From Octopus vulgaris (Eukaryota): a stretch of 64,000 nt of DNA. The notes beneath the pieces were generated by a model. That model had not been told where the DNA came from and made no database searches. It was given only the letters and a program-made list of their open reading frames with translations. This document shows, piece after piece, positions 63,701 to 64,000 of the stretch. The stretch covers positions 21,576,001 to 21,640,000 of the forward strand of contig OX597837.1 in NCBI GenBank assembly GCA_951406725.2, written 5' to 3'. How positions within the stretch are numbered: the stretch's first letter is position 1; every line of letters begins with the position of its first letter. Both the position numbers and the translations under genes were made by a program.

Positions 63701-64000
63701 CAAAACCACTCACAAGGTCAGCCCGAGGTTATAGTAGATAACACTTGCCCAAGGTGCCACAATGGGACTGAACCTGGAACCTTGTGTTGGGAAGTAAGCC
63801 TGTGTCTATGTATGTATGATGGGCTTCTTTCAGTTTCCATCTACCAAATCCATTTACAAGGCTTTTTCAGTTGGCCCAAGGCTATAGAAGACCCTTCTCC
63901 GAGGTGCCATACAGCAGGATTGAACCCAATACCACTTAGGAATCAAGCTTCTTAACCACACAGCCAAGTCTGTACGTAGCCATGCTAGATATGAAAATAA

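Overview
Eukaryotic, AT-rich, repeat-dense animal DNA. The SINE, MITE and microsatellite complement resembles octopus (coleoid cephalopod) DNA; this is my inference. Two intron-containing host genes converge tail-to-tail. The last 8 coding exons of REV3L (DNA polymerase zeta catalytic subunit) lie on + at 79-14618. A complete 8-exon SETD4-like SET-domain methyltransferase lies on - at 27164-38556 (425 aa). The main feature is a cluster of five Penelope-like retroelement (PLE) insertions from four families, all at (TA)n/(CA)n microsatellites. Together they carry nine readable type-I hammerhead ribozymes. (1) A very young, intact 895-aa RT+GIY-YIG element in partial tandem with an inverted pseudo-LTR (47499-55129). 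(2) A ~10 kb nested stack of three PLE families that splits a SINE (15879-25992). (3) A non-coding element with a ribozyme at each end that splits another SINE (43725-46650). One ribozyme has a compensatory U3-A8 core. One PLE has an upstream ORF joined to its RT frame by a T TTT TTA slippery heptamer. Also present: a decayed 5S rRNA copy, mariner, CR1 and RTE fragments, many tRNA-derived SINEs and MITEs, and an unexplained CpG-rich 447-bp insert with a 13-bp target-site duplication. All calls were made by eye, with no database searches.
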